A stretch of DNA of 64,000 nucleotides from a bacterium (GCA_965205865.1 CBDBHR010000029.1:608001-672000), one strand, 5' to 3'; shown: positions 10,973-22,252, numbered from the stretch's first letter. The notes: generated by a model not told the origin, from the letters alone. Translations and numbers: made by a program.

Positions 10973-11703
10973 TCAAAATCTTACAGATTGGGTCTGGCCA
11001 TATAAAGAATGGCCCGACGAGGTCAAGCGTGAGTATGAGTATCGCCCGGCAGATGCAGAAGCGTTGCTTGATGCGGCCGGATATCCACGAGGCGCCGACG
11101 GCTATCGATTCAAGCTCACGCTGAGCAATCTTGTGAGGTTTGAATCGACCTATGCAGAAATCGTCGTAGAGTTCTTCCGCGCCATTGGCGTTGATGCCGA
11201 GATCGTTGTTACTCCTGAAGCTGAGCAGTCCGCTGCCTTTGGAGCGGACACGCACGAGTGGCACATAATGCGTGGTCAGGGTATGGGGGAACGTCGCCCA
11301 GGGCTCTGGTTTGCAGGGCTCGCCACCCAAAACGTGCGTGACGAGAGCTACAGCAAGGTGAAGGACTCGCGTATCGAAACCTTTTATAATAACGCCAACA
11401 ATACTACGGACCTTGAGGAGTATTTTAGCAACATTCGAAAGATCGATGAGATCTTTGTAAGGGAGCACTTTGGCCTGGTTAGACCTGTAAGCCCCTTATT
11501 TCAGGTGGCCAAGCCGTGGGTGCAGGGTTGGCACGGTGAATGGGGTATGGGATACGCCGAGCGTCATACCCACTTTTCTCGCCTCTGGATTGATAGTGCG
11601 CTGAAGAAAGAAATGATGGGAAACTAGCAGTACACTCCTGTGGAGCCGGGGGGTGGTCGCTTGTGAGCGCGCTTCCCAGCTCCCATACTTGGGGCGCAAA
11701 CAC

Positions 11704-12723
11704 GTGAGTACCTATATCATCAGGCGGTTGTTGCTCATAATCCCCACGCTGTTCATACTGACCATCATAGTCTTTGCTACGGTCCGCTTTATCCCCGGCG
11801 ATACAATAGACGCAATGGTGGCTCAGATGGAAGCTGAGGGCAATCCGGGTTCCGTGAGTGCCAGAGACCGCGAAACTCTTGAGCGTATTATGGGACTGGA
11901 CGTGCCTGTCTACGTGCAGTATGGACGCTGGATCGGAGTGTTGTCGACCCCTGACTGGCGGCTTACCGGTGAGTCCCACTTTAGAGGTCTCCTCCAGGGC
12001 ACCTTTGGCCACTCACTGTATGGCGGAGGCACTACGGTAGAGGAGAGCATAATCGGGAGATTGCCAGTCACCATTGAGCTTGGTGTTCTGGCAATTGTAA
12101 TTGGTCTCGTCATCGCCCTGCCCGTCGGCGTCTACTCGGCGATCCGCCAGGATACCACCGCCGACTACGTCGGGCGAACCGTCGCCGTCATCGGCTTGGC
12201 AACGCCGAACTTCTGGCTGGCAACTATGGTCCTGCTCTACCCGGCACTCTGGTGGGGCTGGTCGCCACCGGTAGAGCTGATCCCCTTCAAGGAAGACCCG
12301 CTGGGAAATCTCGGGATGTTCATCATTCCGGCCGTGATTCTGGGGACGGCCCTTGCTGCCAGCACCATGAGGATGACGCGCACCATGATGCTGGAGGTGC
12401 TCAGGCAAGACTATATCAGGACGGCTTGGTCGAAGGGGCTCAGGGAGCGGATAGTTATAATAAGACACGCCATCAAGAATGCCCTCATCCCGGTAGTGAC
12501 GCTCGTCGGCCTGCAGCTCCCCATCCTGATCGGGGGCTCCGTTATCTTGGAGCAAATATTCGCTCTGCCGGGGATAGGCCGTCTGTTTGTGGTTGCGCTC
12601 GATGCAAGAGACTACCCGATCGTCTCCGCAATAAACCTGATTTTTGCTACCGCGGTTTTGGGGATCAATCTCATGATCGACCTGATTTACTCTTACTTGG
12701 ACCCCAGGATTCGGTATGAATGA
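11704..12723 (+). CDS. peptide ABC transporter permease (DppB/OppB-like)
   Basis: YIIRRLL start (GTG), EAA-like loop DYIRTAWSKGL, terminal LDPRIRY. Confidence 0.92.
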   Translation: MSTYIIRRLLLIIPTLFILTIIVFATVRFIPGDTIDAMVAQMEAEGNPGSVSARDRETLERIMGLDVPVYVQYGRWIGVLSTPDWRLTGESHFRGLLQGTFGHSLYGGGTTVEESIIGRLPVTIELGVLAIVIGLVIALPVGVYSAIRQDTTADYVGRTVAVIGLATPNFWLATMVLLYPALWWGWSPPVELIPFKEDPLGNLGMFIIPAVILGTALAASTMRMTRTMMLEVLRQDYIRTAWSKGLRERIVIIRHAIKNALIPVVTLVGLQLPILIGGSVILEQIFALPGIGRLFVVALDARDYPIVSAINLIFATAVLGINLMIDLIYSYLDPRIRYE

Positions 12724-13672
12724 GACACCATCCCCTATCCGTGAGCCCAAACGACGGGGCCGGTTTGCTGATTTTTGGATCAGGCTTTTCAAGGAGAAGC
12801 CTCTTGGCACTGCCTGCGGGGTGATCATCTTGCTCTTGATTTTGGTGGCGATCTTTGCCGATGCGCTGGCGCCCTATTCCTTTAGGGAAATGCACCTGAT
12901 GGACAGGCTTACAGGCCCATCATCCCAATATCTGCTGGGGACCGACCAGATGGGACGAGACTTGTTCAGCCGCCTGATCTTCGGGGCGCATCTCTCCGTC
13001 TTTGTCGGTCTGGCCGCCACCATGCTCAATGTCGTCATCGCTGTCCTCATCGGTGGCATTTCAGGATTCATCGGGGGTAAACTGGATCTGGCGGTGCAGC
13101 GCTTTGTTGATGCCTGGATGGCTTTTCCGGGACTGTTGCTCTTGCTGACCGTCATGTCCATTGTGGGAAGGGATCTCTTCCAGATCATCGTGGTGCTGGG
13201 GATCGCCGGAGGCATCAGCGGCTCGAGAGTCATCAGAAGCGCCGTGATCGCTATCAAAGAGAATGACTATTTTCTGGCAGCCCAGGCCGTGGGCACCCCC
13301 ACGAGCAGAATCCTGAACCACCATGTGCTGCCCAATATTATGGCACCCGTCATCATTGTCTTCTCCATTAACATCGGGGGGGTGATTATGTCTTTGGCTG
13401 CTCTGGGCTTCCTCGGCTACGGTCTGCCACCCACCATTCCTGACTGGGGCGGCATGCTCAGCCGGGAAGGGCGCCGGTACATGGAACAGGCCCCCTGGCT
13501 GGCGCTCTGGCCGGGGCTGTGCCTGACGATTGTCGTCTACTCTTTCAACATGTTCGGCGATGCGGTGCGGGACCTGCTCGATCCCCGACTGCGGGGCGGG
13601 CAGGGCAGCTACGGCGCCGCAAAGAAACGCAAACGAGGCCTCCTCGCCAGATTGATCAACCCCTTCTCTTAG
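12716..13672 (+). CDS. peptide ABC transporter permease (DppC/OppC-like)
   Basis: LGTDQMGRD, HVLPN, GDAVRDLLDPR motifs. Confidence 0.93.
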   Translation: MNETPSPIREPKRRGRFADFWIRLFKEKPLGTACGVIILLLILVAIFADALAPYSFREMHLMDRLTGPSSQYLLGTDQMGRDLFSRLIFGAHLSVFVGLAATMLNVVIAVLIGGISGFIGGKLDLAVQRFVDAWMAFPGLLLLLTVMSIVGRDLFQIIVVLGIAGGISGSRVIRSAVIAIKENDYFLAAQAVGTPTSRILNHHVLPNIMAPVIIVFSINIGGVIMSLAALGFLGYGLPPTIPDWGGMLSREGRRYMEQAPWLALWPGLCLTIVVYSFNMFGDAVRDLLDPRLRGGQGSYGAAKKRKRGLLARLINPFS

Positions 13673-13801
13673 CAGAGACGGTCTCATAGGAGCACAGAAT
13701 GAATTTTGGTATTGACAATGTAGGGGGCAAGTATATTTTACGCGGATCATCGCTCCAATTCCGGAGCGACTGAGTCCGATTAGAATGGTGAAAGGAGGGC
13801 G

Positions 13802-14716
13802 ATGATGAATCTGGAAGACTGGGATCTTACGAATATCAGTGACCTGACGCCGTTTTACAATCGGCAGATCGAACCCCTGCCGTATTGTTACCCGGTTTCG
13901 GTCGAGGAGTTTGACTGGGGGGTCCGGCACGATCGGTATAAGAACGAACTCTATCACCTGGACAGGCTTCACTCCCATCAGGTGATTGTGTCGAAACAGG
14001 GTGGTGAAGTGGTTGGATTTGTGCATATCAGTATCGAAAATGATGAGGATACAGGAAAGCAAAATGGCGTGATTCGTTTTTTGAGTTATGTGCCGGGCAA
14101 TCGGGAGGTCGGGCAGACGCTTTTAGACGAAGCGGAGTCTCGCTTCAGGGCAGCAGAGATCGGTCGGATTTATGCGTTTTTAACGCCGTATGTTTATCGC
14201 TTTTACTTTTTGGGCTATGGGGTTACAGAGCAGCAAGGGCATGTGACGGGTTTGCTCGGGATGAATGGCTATGAGATTGATCGGGGCGAGATTTTAATGG
14301 TCTGGCCCCATTTTGAGGTGACGGAGCCTGTCTTGAAAGATAGCAGTGTGGAGATTCAGGTTCAACCGTTCGACGGATATGGAATGTTGCCAGGGTTGGA
14401 GGTCTATGCGTTCCGCAACGGGGAACGCTTTGCGCAGTGTCAGAATTTTTCTGTAGGACATCGAATGCGGGCAGCCGAAGCCCAGGATCAGACCTTTATG
14501 CGATGGCTTGGGGTCAACGATTCGGTCCAGGGACAGGGGTGGGGACGGTATTTGCTCCAGCGGGCACTCTGGGAGGAACAGAAACTGGGATACAAACACG
14601 CGTTGATCAGTGCATCGACTCGAAACCACGAGGCACTGTTGTTTTATACCAATTACGGGTATCGAGTGACGGATACGTGGTATGAATATGTGAAAGGGGG
14701 GGAAGATGATTCATAG
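13802..14716 (+). CDS. GNAT-family acetyltransferase (tandem domains)
   Basis: VQGQGWGRYLL acetyl-CoA motif, NHEALLFYTNYGY. Confidence 0.85.
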   Translation: MMNLEDWDLTNISDLTPFYNRQIEPLPYCYPVSVEEFDWGVRHDRYKNELYHLDRLHSHQVIVSKQGGEVVGFVHISIENDEDTGKQNGVIRFLSYVPGNREVGQTLLDEAESRFRAAEIGRIYAFLTPYVYRFYFLGYGVTEQQGHVTGLLGMNGYEIDRGEILMVWPHFEVTEPVLKDSSVEIQVQPFDGYGMLPGLEVYAFRNGERFAQCQNFSVGHRMRAAEAQDQTFMRWLGVNDSVQGQGWGRYLLQRALWEEQKLGYKHALISASTRNHEALLFYTNYGYRVTDTWYEYVKGGEDDS

Positions 14717-14844
14717 ATCGGCAGGCGGGTTCAAATTTCGTGTTCCGATCAGCGGGTTCCGGCCATGTGTTAATCGTCGCAAGGTCATTCGTTTTTTGCT
14801 ACTAAACTGGATTACCGAGAGAACATGACCTAACGAGGTGAGTC

Positions 14845-15282
14845 ATGTTTAAAAAACTTGATCATATAGGCGTCGGAACCGCTGATTTCGAGAGATTCAT
14901 CAAATTCTATACAGAAATCCTGGGCTTCAAAGTTCGAGAGAGATGGAAAGTCGAACCGGGCACGGGCTCGGCGCAGGTGGATGAGCTTGCCAATCTCGTC
15001 CTCGAAGATGGCGCCGTGATAGAACTGTTTGGGTTCAACGCAGACGGACCCGATCCCGATTACAACAGGCCACCATTCGAAATGAGCTTTCGATTAATGG
15101 CCATCGAGGTGGAGGATATGCAAGAGGCTGAGGAATATCTCACCAGCAAGGGAATAGAAGTCCACCAAGCCCACAAGCTTAATCCAGCCAGATGGATCAG
15201 GGACCCAGACGGCAATATGCTCGTCCTGTTTCCCTCGTTTGTGTATGAAAATTACAAGAAATTGAACGAAGAATCGAAGTAG
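14845..15282 (+). CDS. VOC/glyoxalase-family protein
   Basis: LDHIGV...FYTEILGF, IELF, IRDPDGN motifs. Confidence 0.88.
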   Translation: MFKKLDHIGVGTADFERFIKFYTEILGFKVRERWKVEPGTGSAQVDELANLVLEDGAVIELFGFNADGPDPDYNRPPFEMSFRLMAIEVEDMQEAEEYLTSKGIEVHQAHKLNPARWIRDPDGNMLVLFPSFVYENYKKLNEESK

Positions 15283-15332
15283 AGTTCGACCCGTCGCTCA
15301 TTGGCCGAGGGGTCATAGCCGCTCATTCTAAT

Positions 15333-15797
15333 CTATCTCAATTCCTGTTCAACGAGCCCAGACCAATAGCTCACGCCAAGAGGCAGGATCTCCTCGTTGA
15401 AATCGTAGTTTGGATTGTGCGCATGGCAGCCGCCTGGACCACCTTCAACCCCGTTTCCGATAAAAATATAACAACCTGGAAGCTGGTTCAGCATCCAGAA
15501 AAATCTTCGGCTCCCTTCGAGGGCGGTTCATCACGAAGAATGTTTTCAGCACCAACGATTGCCGCTGCCGCAGCGGCCGCTTTTTCTGTTTCAATCTCTG
15601 TATTGATCGTCGGCAGATAACGCCGATCGTAGCTAAATTCGATTGCTACCCCATAGGCGACCCCAACGCCTTCAGCGATTTGCCGTAATTTACGCTCAAT
15701 CATGTCCTGAGTCTTGGGATTCAGGATGAGCATGGATGTCTCTGCGGATGCGGGTGAGTTCGTCGTGTGATGCTGCAATGCGGTTGTCAATAATCAT
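15333..15797 (-). pseudogene. M20 amidohydrolase with a large internal deletion and a frameshift
   Basis: AAGGAG RBS then MIIDNRIAASHDELTRIRRDIHAHPE joined at ~15718 to a C-terminal part (GAEDF, PGCYIFIGNG, HNPNYDFNEEILPLG). Confidence 0.85.
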
Positions 15798-15965
15798 GTA
15801 TGTCTCCTTTTTTGATTTAAGTCCCTATGGTACGTCTTTAGTTTCCTGGCTTATGAAATTATTTGCACAAATTGTTGTTCTCTTTCCAAAAAAACAAAGT
15901 CGATGTAACCCAGCGGTGACTCGCCAGTCAGGAGTTCTACTATATAACACTGATTAACTCGGATG

Positions 15966-16062
15966 AAAAGGTGTCAGGCCTTTGATTATTTGATTAGAAA
16001 GTGATTAGGAATGAGTCCAGTTTTTTTGCCCCCTTTTCATTTAATCAAAGGCCTGACCCTTT
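15966..16062. repeat. inward-facing pair of GGGTCAGGCCTTTGATTA motifs (REPIN-like mini element)
   Basis: AAAGGTGTCAGGCCTTTGATTA ... TAATCAAAGGCCTGACCCTTT with an AT-rich spacer. Confidence 0.75.
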
Positions 16063-16074
16063 CGGATTTTTTTT

Positions 16075-16566
16075 TCTATACTGATACGCATCCCGGAGTG
16101 GGATCCTCAGATGCAGATTAAAGTTAATGGAGAGGTTCCCTCTTGTGAATCTAAGCAGGGCTATGCCTGCATTAACAGTGAATGGCGAGATGGGGACAAG
16201 ATCGAGCTCAGCTTCAATTTTTCCCCAAGATTGGTGCGCTCCCAAGCCAAAGTCCGTTGCAACATTCGCCGGACTACTATCTTCCGTGGCCCCCTGTTGT
16301 ATTGCCTGGAAGCCATTGACAATCAGCCAGATCTCAATCAGATCATCCTGCCCACTCAACCTGCCTTTGAATGGCTTACCGACGAAACTTTGCTACCGGG
16401 CTGTCAGGCATTACGGGTTGGCGTAGAGCGCCTCCAAAGTGATTCAGAACAGCTCTACGGAGAGTCAAAGCCCGAACGTCAGTCAGTGAAGGCCACATTC
16501 ATTCCCTACTTCCTTTGGGCCAATCGAGGAGAAAATGAGATGCTGGTTTGGATCAACGAAAATTAA
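16075..16566 (+). pseudogene. C-terminal fragment of a GH127 (beta-L-arabinofuranosidase-like) glycoside hydrolase
   Basis: RIPEW, RGPLLYCLEAIDN, FIPYFLWANRG..EMLVWI; catalytic N-terminal region absent. Confidence 0.8.
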
Positions 16567-16589
16567 AAAAGATAATGATCATTATCTTA

Positions 16590-17477
16590 GAACCTGTTTG
16601 AAAGTCATTTAATTCTCTTTAACATCAAGCAAATCATAGCGACATAGATCATGTTTTCAGAGTTTTTTGTTTTTCTTTCATAATCGATGTTGAGTCTTCG
16701 ATACCATCCAAACCAGGAAAAGGTTCTTTCGACGATCCACCTTTTCGGTAGGACCTGAAAGCCCGTTCCTTGGAGGTTTAGAGTGATCTCAAGTTCACAT
16801 TGAAATCGATTCCATAACCATTGGGCTAATTCCCCTCGATAACCTCCGTCGGCCCAAATCATCTGAATCGAAAAGAACCAGCTAAACATCGATTCCAAAA
16901 GATCGTAAGCACTTTTGGAATCGGAGGCATTGGCATCAGTGACTTTAACCATGAGAGGAATTCCCGAGATATCGACAGCTACATGCCTTTTATGCCCTTT
17001 GATTCGTTTATTTCCATCAAAACCTCGACTATCAGCCAGTTCCGTGGTTTTGACGGATTGACTATCAATCATTGCAGCACTGGGTTCGGGAGCTCTGCCC
17101 ATTTCTATTCGGGTTTGCCGATGGAGAAACTGGTGAATCAGGAACCAAGTGTAGTTCTTGCACCATTTATTGTAGTGGTAATAAACACTTTGCCAAGGAG
17201 GAAAATCTTTGGGAAGCATTCTCCATTGACAACCCGTGGTCACTACATACAAAATGGCGTTTATGATAACTCGTAGTTCCCATTTACGAAGGTGGGCTCC
17301 ACGAGTTGAAAGTTCGGGAAGGTACTCTTGAAGTCTTTCCCATTGTTTATCACTGACATCACTGTTATAACCTGAACGTTCCATGTTCACTCCTTGTTAT
17401 TAAGGTTTCATTTTTCTCAAAATGAATGTGACATGGAACACTTCCAATAGGAAGCTCAACTTATTTCAAACAGGTTC
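16590..17477 (-). mobile_element. IS5-family IS (IS1031-like)
   Basis: TIR GAACCTGTTTGAAA; TTA target duplication. Confidence 0.92.
16605..17390 (-). CDS. IS5-family transposase
   Basis: TGCQWRMLP.DFPPWQSVY, IDSQSVKT, ADGGY, RWIVERTFSW. Confidence 0.93.
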   Translation of the reverse strand: MNMERSGYNSDVSDKQWERLQEYLPELSTRGAHLRKWELRVIINAILYVVTTGCQWRMLPKDFPPWQSVYYHYNKWCKNYTWFLIHQFLHRQTRIEMGRAPEPSAAMIDSQSVKTTELADSRGFDGNKRIKGHKRHVAVDISGIPLMVKVTDANASDSKSAYDLLESMFSWFFSIQMIWADGGYRGELAQWLWNRFQCELEITLNLQGTGFQVLPKRWIVERTFSWFGWYRRLNIDYERKTKNSENMIYVAMICLMLKRIK

Positions 17478-17648
17478 TTAGTGACATTCGTAACTGTCCC
17501 CGGATTTTCAGAAAAAGAAATTGGCAATTTTTTAAAAATGGGATAAGGCTTACCCTCTGTAGGGCTGTCGTTAAAAACATCTGACCCGATTAAATCTACG
17601 ACAATTTTTTATTCACCAGAGAGAAGTTCAAAGTGAGAAATCAAACAC

Positions 17649-18638
17649 ATGCCCGATCCCTCTCAAGATAAACTGCACAAGCAACATGATAAATTATTCA
17701 AAACAGTTTTTTCTGATCCAAAGGAGGCGTCCAGTTTTTTTAAGAGTTATTTGCCTACATCTTTAGTGGATCAAATCGACTGGACCTCTCTCCACCTAAC
17801 CGATAAGGAATATGTGGATGAAGCCTTTCAGGCAACTGAGTCGGACTTGCTGTATCAAGCACAACGGCAGGGTAGCAACCAGAGGATCATGATCTACTTG
17901 CTCTTTGAGCATCAGTCTGAACCCAGTAAATGGATTCGATTCCGATTGCTGAAATATTGCTGTCGGATTTGGGATGATTCGTTCAAGGTTTTTGCTGAGC
18001 AACAAAAGCTCAAGCCCATCTTTCCCATTGTGTTTTATCAAGGGGAGCGGACTTGGAATTTTTCCACAGAATTCCAGGAACTTATTGAGACCGAGGGCTT
18101 GGATCGGGAGTATCTTCCCCGATTTAGCCATTTTTTGGTCGATCAATCCGGATTTGGACTCGAATCGTTCCAAGGGGAAGTCAAAGCAAGAATTGCGCAA
18201 CTCTTGCTATCTCAAGCGTTTCATGGTCAAATACAAAAAGGATTAGAAATGCTGATCCGTCTGTTGGAAGAAGTGGAGAAAACCGGAGGAATTGATTATA
18301 TTCAAGTCTTTCTGCGTTATTTTTGGCACATTCAAGAGGAGGTGTCCCCTGAAACATTAGCGCAAGCTATTGAAGAATACTCGGACTCTCAACATTTAGG
18401 AGAACAAACGATGTCGATTGCAGAACAGTTGATTGCTCAAGGCGAAAAAAAAGGAATTCAGGAAGGAATCCAAACAGGAATTCAAAAAGGGTTGGATCAA
18501 GGCGAGTTGGTGGGTGAAATTCGATTCGCCCAAAAAATGTTAAAACAACCCCAATCTCCCAAAGAAGAACTCTTTCAAAAAACAGAGGAAGCGTTAAAAA
18601 ACCTGCTTGAACAATTAGAAAAACAGCTGCCCGAATAA
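17649..18638 (+). CDS. Rpn-family (YhgA-like) PD-(D/E)XK nuclease
   Basis: HDKLFK, ESDLLY, LFEHQS, PIVFYQG; C-terminal GIQEGIQTGIQKG repeats. Confidence 0.9.
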   Translation: MPDPSQDKLHKQHDKLFKTVFSDPKEASSFFKSYLPTSLVDQIDWTSLHLTDKEYVDEAFQATESDLLYQAQRQGSNQRIMIYLLFEHQSEPSKWIRFRLLKYCCRIWDDSFKVFAEQQKLKPIFPIVFYQGERTWNFSTEFQELIETEGLDREYLPRFSHFLVDQSGFGLESFQGEVKARIAQLLLSQAFHGQIQKGLEMLIRLLEEVEKTGGIDYIQVFLRYFWHIQEEVSPETLAQAIEEYSDSQHLGEQTMSIAEQLIAQGEKKGIQEGIQTGIQKGLDQGELVGEIRFAQKMLKQPQSPKEELFQKTEEALKNLLEQLEKQLPE

Positions 18639-19015
18639 GGAATCAAGCCTTTTATTAGACCACCACATTAAGCAGTGGGCAGACCGTTTTGACCCCATTT
18701 CATGCTTTGCGTGGGAACGAGAAAAATTTCACGCTCCTCTCAAATTAGCCCCATTGCCCTGCCTTTTTTGCTAGTTTTCTTCTGGAAAAAATCATACCAT
18801 GTCCCAAACTTCGGAACCTTCTAGAATCACCCTGAAGGACAATTTTCTTCACACTTCCTACTTTGTTAAAAAATAACGACGTTCTTCCTGGTTTCAAAAA
18901 GTGGCTTGAGCCATATCTGTTTGAAAACAGTGAATGGTTTTAGTGCGAAAATCGGAAGGGTGAAATCGAGGGAAATGGTCTGCAAATAAAACGATGCAAG
19001 GTGCCGTTTAAAATA

Positions 19016-20615
19016 GTCATCGTAAAGAACTGACTTATAGTGGTTTCCAGCCACCTTTCGTCATTCCTCCGGTACAGATCCGGACGTGCGCTGCTAACGC
19101 ATCCGGCTCCTGCTTCGAGTCAGACGCTCAAACGTTGCCGTTTGGCGCACCCTGCTTAAACCGCTCTCTGATTTTACCGGCCTCTGAGTTCCGAACACAG
19201 GAGGGCAAGCAGAATTCCTCTCAGCCAAGTCCCTTTGCTCCACAGGCTCCGTTGATTTCCTTTGCATTATTACTCTCTACAAATGATCTCATTGTTCGCC
19301 GCTTCATGCCGGGTAGAAATACGGCGCGCGCATGTTTAGGTCAACGACTTCCAATGTATCCCCCGTTTCCGGTTTCGTGGCAAAAGGGCGTCAGACCCTG
19401 CATCACGTTTCCGCAAGCCCCCCTCTCATCCCGGACGGTCGGATTTCCCGAGTCCGGTTGGCAGCAACAGCGTTTCCCCAGAAACCCTTCCCACCCAATC
19501 CGAAGCTTAAGCACTCGCCTGCATTCACCCCTGGAGTGAGTGATTTGATCTCCAGCTCGACATTCTTTGTGGTGACACTCTTGACCGACACAAGTTCGGC
19601 AGTGGTTCATGAAATGCCCGCCATTTACCGAGAGCCCCTTTGCCTTTTAGAGGTGTTACCTCCAAAAGGGAGATGTCCAAGCATCCCCTCGACCAGCGTT
19701 ACCCGGTCTTCATCGCTCATACGGACTCATGCGCCAGACCAAAATCCTCCTGCCGATTTCGGTGTTACCCTATACGGTAGGTCCTTGCAGGTTATTGCGA
19801 GTCCCTGCTGGAAGTTGGCCCTTCCCGACGTTATCTCTGTGGATCTTTCCCTGGATGCTTGGATCCATACTCCGGCTCCCTCCAAGGTGCCTGTTCCCAT
19901 TACTTCCCTTGGAACTTCGGCCTTCCCCGAGTAGCGAGCGGGTCGGCGGTTGGGCAACACACCGTCAAGCCAATTCACGACGGAAGTCTCTTTCGGAGCT
20001 GCAATCATTCACTAATGTTCAGGCCTCCAGGTTTGCTCGCCACCCTGTTGGCTCCCACTATGGACTCTCGTCCAAAGCAGACGGTGACTTTTACTTCCGG
20101 GCAGAACGCAAAGCAGTTACCTGCTAAGCGCACCGGATATGCTAGTCGCCCGAATGGGAAACTGACGACAGAGAGACTTTCACTCTCCAAAATCCACAGC
20201 CTTGTCGGCTGCTCACGCTACTACGAACTTGTCCGACTTCCTGAAGACGTAGATATCGGGGTTATTTATTAATTTTCCCGATCCGACTACCAATAGAATG
20301 TTGACAGTCGTCTTCAGGATCTCCCAGGTTCCGGTCAAGAAACTTCCACACATGCACCGGGTCTTTGACTCCGCCAGGCTCAGCCGAGACTCACGCTAAC
20401 GCCTTCGGTTGATATTGCCTTCCCCACCAAACCACAAGGTCAGCGCCTGAAACTATGATTTCGGAGCTCAATACCGAGCCTATGTTCTCCCCTGTCAACG
20501 CTTAGCGCCTATCCTTGCGAATAACCACTCATGACTCGGGGACTCGGCGGGTCGTTACTGCCTTACCGAGTAAGAGACTTTCACTCTCTATTTCTTGCCA
20601 GCTTTCCTGGCGCAC
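19016..20615 (-). mobile_element. ORF-less group II intron (692 nt once the nested intron is removed), outer intron of a twintron
   Basis: Starts GTGCG, ends TTTACGATGAC; near-identical to the RNA parts of 23162-25118 and to 41696-42387. Confidence 0.9.
19308..20215 (-). mobile_element. second, unrelated ORF-less group II intron (908 nt) nested in the outer intron
   Basis: 5' (G)TGAGC...GGAGAGTGAAAGTCTCTC; domain V-like AACCGGACTCGGGAAATCCGACCGTCCGGGAT; 3' end CTACCCGGC; removing it restores the outer sequence TAGCGATGAAG. Confidence 0.85.
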
Positions 20616-20721
20616 GGCCTGACCCCCTTTTTTATCAGTGGCCTGATTGCACACTCGTTTATTCCGACACAAAAATTCGGCGGCCATTTCGGATAAAATG
20701 TTGTTGAACTGAGCCGAGGTG

Positions 20722-20997
20722 TTACAGAAAAATGAGTGTTTGCTCACTATAGTCTCTGAGAGCGCGCAATCGTCTTTCCCCGGCAATCAGCTCATAACGT
20801 CCCTGATGCCAACGGACCACAATCGACTCGATTAACCCGTCTTGTTCAATATTGGCTGCTAATTCTTTAAGCGTTTGTTCGTCAAAATATTCACGATACT
20901 GGAAAGGAGAGGGCGCAATCTCATCAACCGGCAAGTATTCTATTCGCTCAACTCCTCCCTGCTTCCGGACTGTCATACGAATTACTTTCTTTTCCAT
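20722..20997 (-). pseudogene. ParB-like N-terminal domain fragment
   Basis: PSPFQYR..FD...LKELAANI...G, YELIAGERRLRA; no HTH or C-terminus. Confidence 0.8.
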
Positions 20998-21197
20998 ACT
21001 CCTCCTTCCCCTTTCTCGATTCTGTCATTCCGCACAATTCCGCGGATTTACCGCCCTTTCAGGACCATTTCGCTCAGAGGAGGAAGGAAGAATCGATACT
21101 TTTTAGAGCTCGACGTCTTTTTGTTTTCTGGGAATGGTTCTTAACTCAATCCTGATCTGTACCGCAACTCTTTCAATGGAAGGATTCTTTTTTGTGT

Positions 21198-21323
21198 TGC
21201 GAACGCAGTGGTAACAAGCGCCCACTCAACAGGGATGAGTGAAAGAAATGATGTTGAATTACTTATCGAAAAAACCTTGGCGATAGCGTGGGGTTGGCGT
21301 CTTTGTTCAGCGCCTTGTTCGAC
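21198..21323 (-). other. attC-like integron recombination site
   Basis: Minus strand GTCGAAC-AAGGC-GCTGAAC ... GTTACCAC-TGC-GTTCGCA, 126 bp imperfect palindrome, starting right at the toxin stop once the IS5 is removed. Confidence 0.6.
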
Positions 21324-21326
21324 TTA

Positions 21327-22252
21327 GAACTTATCCTTTAATAACTTGAAAATTGGTATTTCCTGCATTATTTTTGTCATCATGTTCAACCATAAACGCA
21401 TGGAGGCTATATGGCAAAAGTACAGTCGTGGGAAGTATCTGATTCATTTTGGGCCAGAGTGGAGCCACTGATACCAAAACCCAAACGTGACCCGAACAAG
21501 ACCTACAAGCGCAAACCCGGTGGTGGTAGAAAGCCAATGCCTGCGCGCCAAATTTTCGAGGGAATTGTATATGTTTTGCGCACCGGTTGTCAATGGAGAG
21601 CCCTTCCCAAGGAAAAATATGGGAGTCCTAGTGCCATCCATGCTCATTTCATGCGTTGGAATGAAGCGGGTTTCTTTTTGTCGCTTTGGCAAGCCGGACT
21701 TGCCGAATATGATGAGATGGAAGGGATCTCCTGGAAATGGCAAAGCATAGACGGCACGACTGTCAAAGCCCCACTGGCTCAGGAAACCGTTGGTCGAAAC
21801 CCGACTGACAGGGGAAAAAAAAGGGAGCAAGCGTCATTTGCTGGTTGACGGCCGTGGTGTCCCGCTGTCCCTCGTCGTAACCGGGGCGAACCGGCATGAT
21901 GTGACACAGTTGGAATTGGTCTTGGAGGAAATCGTCATTGCGCGGCCTGAGGGCATTGAACAACATCTGTGCGCAGACAAAGGCTACCACGGTGAGCCAG
22001 CATCACAGATCATTCGATCCAATGATTATGTGCCACATGTGAAAAAACGGGGTGAAGAGATTCAAGAAAAAAAAGCAAATCCCCAATACAGACCCAGAAG
22101 ATGGGTCGTCGAGGTGAGCCATTCATGGTTCAACAGATTTCGCAAGATAATGGTCCGATTCGAAAAATATAATCAAACTTATCTCGCACTGCTTCAATTG
22201 GCTGCAGCTATCATAACTTACAGGAAAGTTAATGTTATTTAAGGATAAGTTC
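21327..22252 (+). mobile_element. IS5-family IS (IS427-like)
   Basis: TIR GAACTTATCCTT; TTA target duplication. Confidence 0.9.
21411..22242 (+). CDS. IS5-family transposase in two ORFs joined by a probable -1 programmed frameshift
   Basis: ORFA 21411-21848 and ORFB ending at 22242 overlap at GGGGAAAAAAAAGGG (~21811-21825); SIDG, ADKGY, RWVVE motifs. Confidence 0.88.

Larger units (their letters stand above)
8748..11627 (+). pseudogene. peptide/nickel ABC transporter substrate-binding protein (family 5), 5'-truncated and split by IS1380
   Basis: VGTGPY, KNPNYW, DVRVRKALQMAVD before the IS; AEALLDAAGY and C-terminal LWIDSALKKEMMGN after it. Confidence 0.88.

Noticed and set aside
12013-14062. 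Long minus-strand ORFs (271 aa, 333 aa)
   Set aside because: Antisense to GC-rich permease and GNAT genes; no recognisable motifs.
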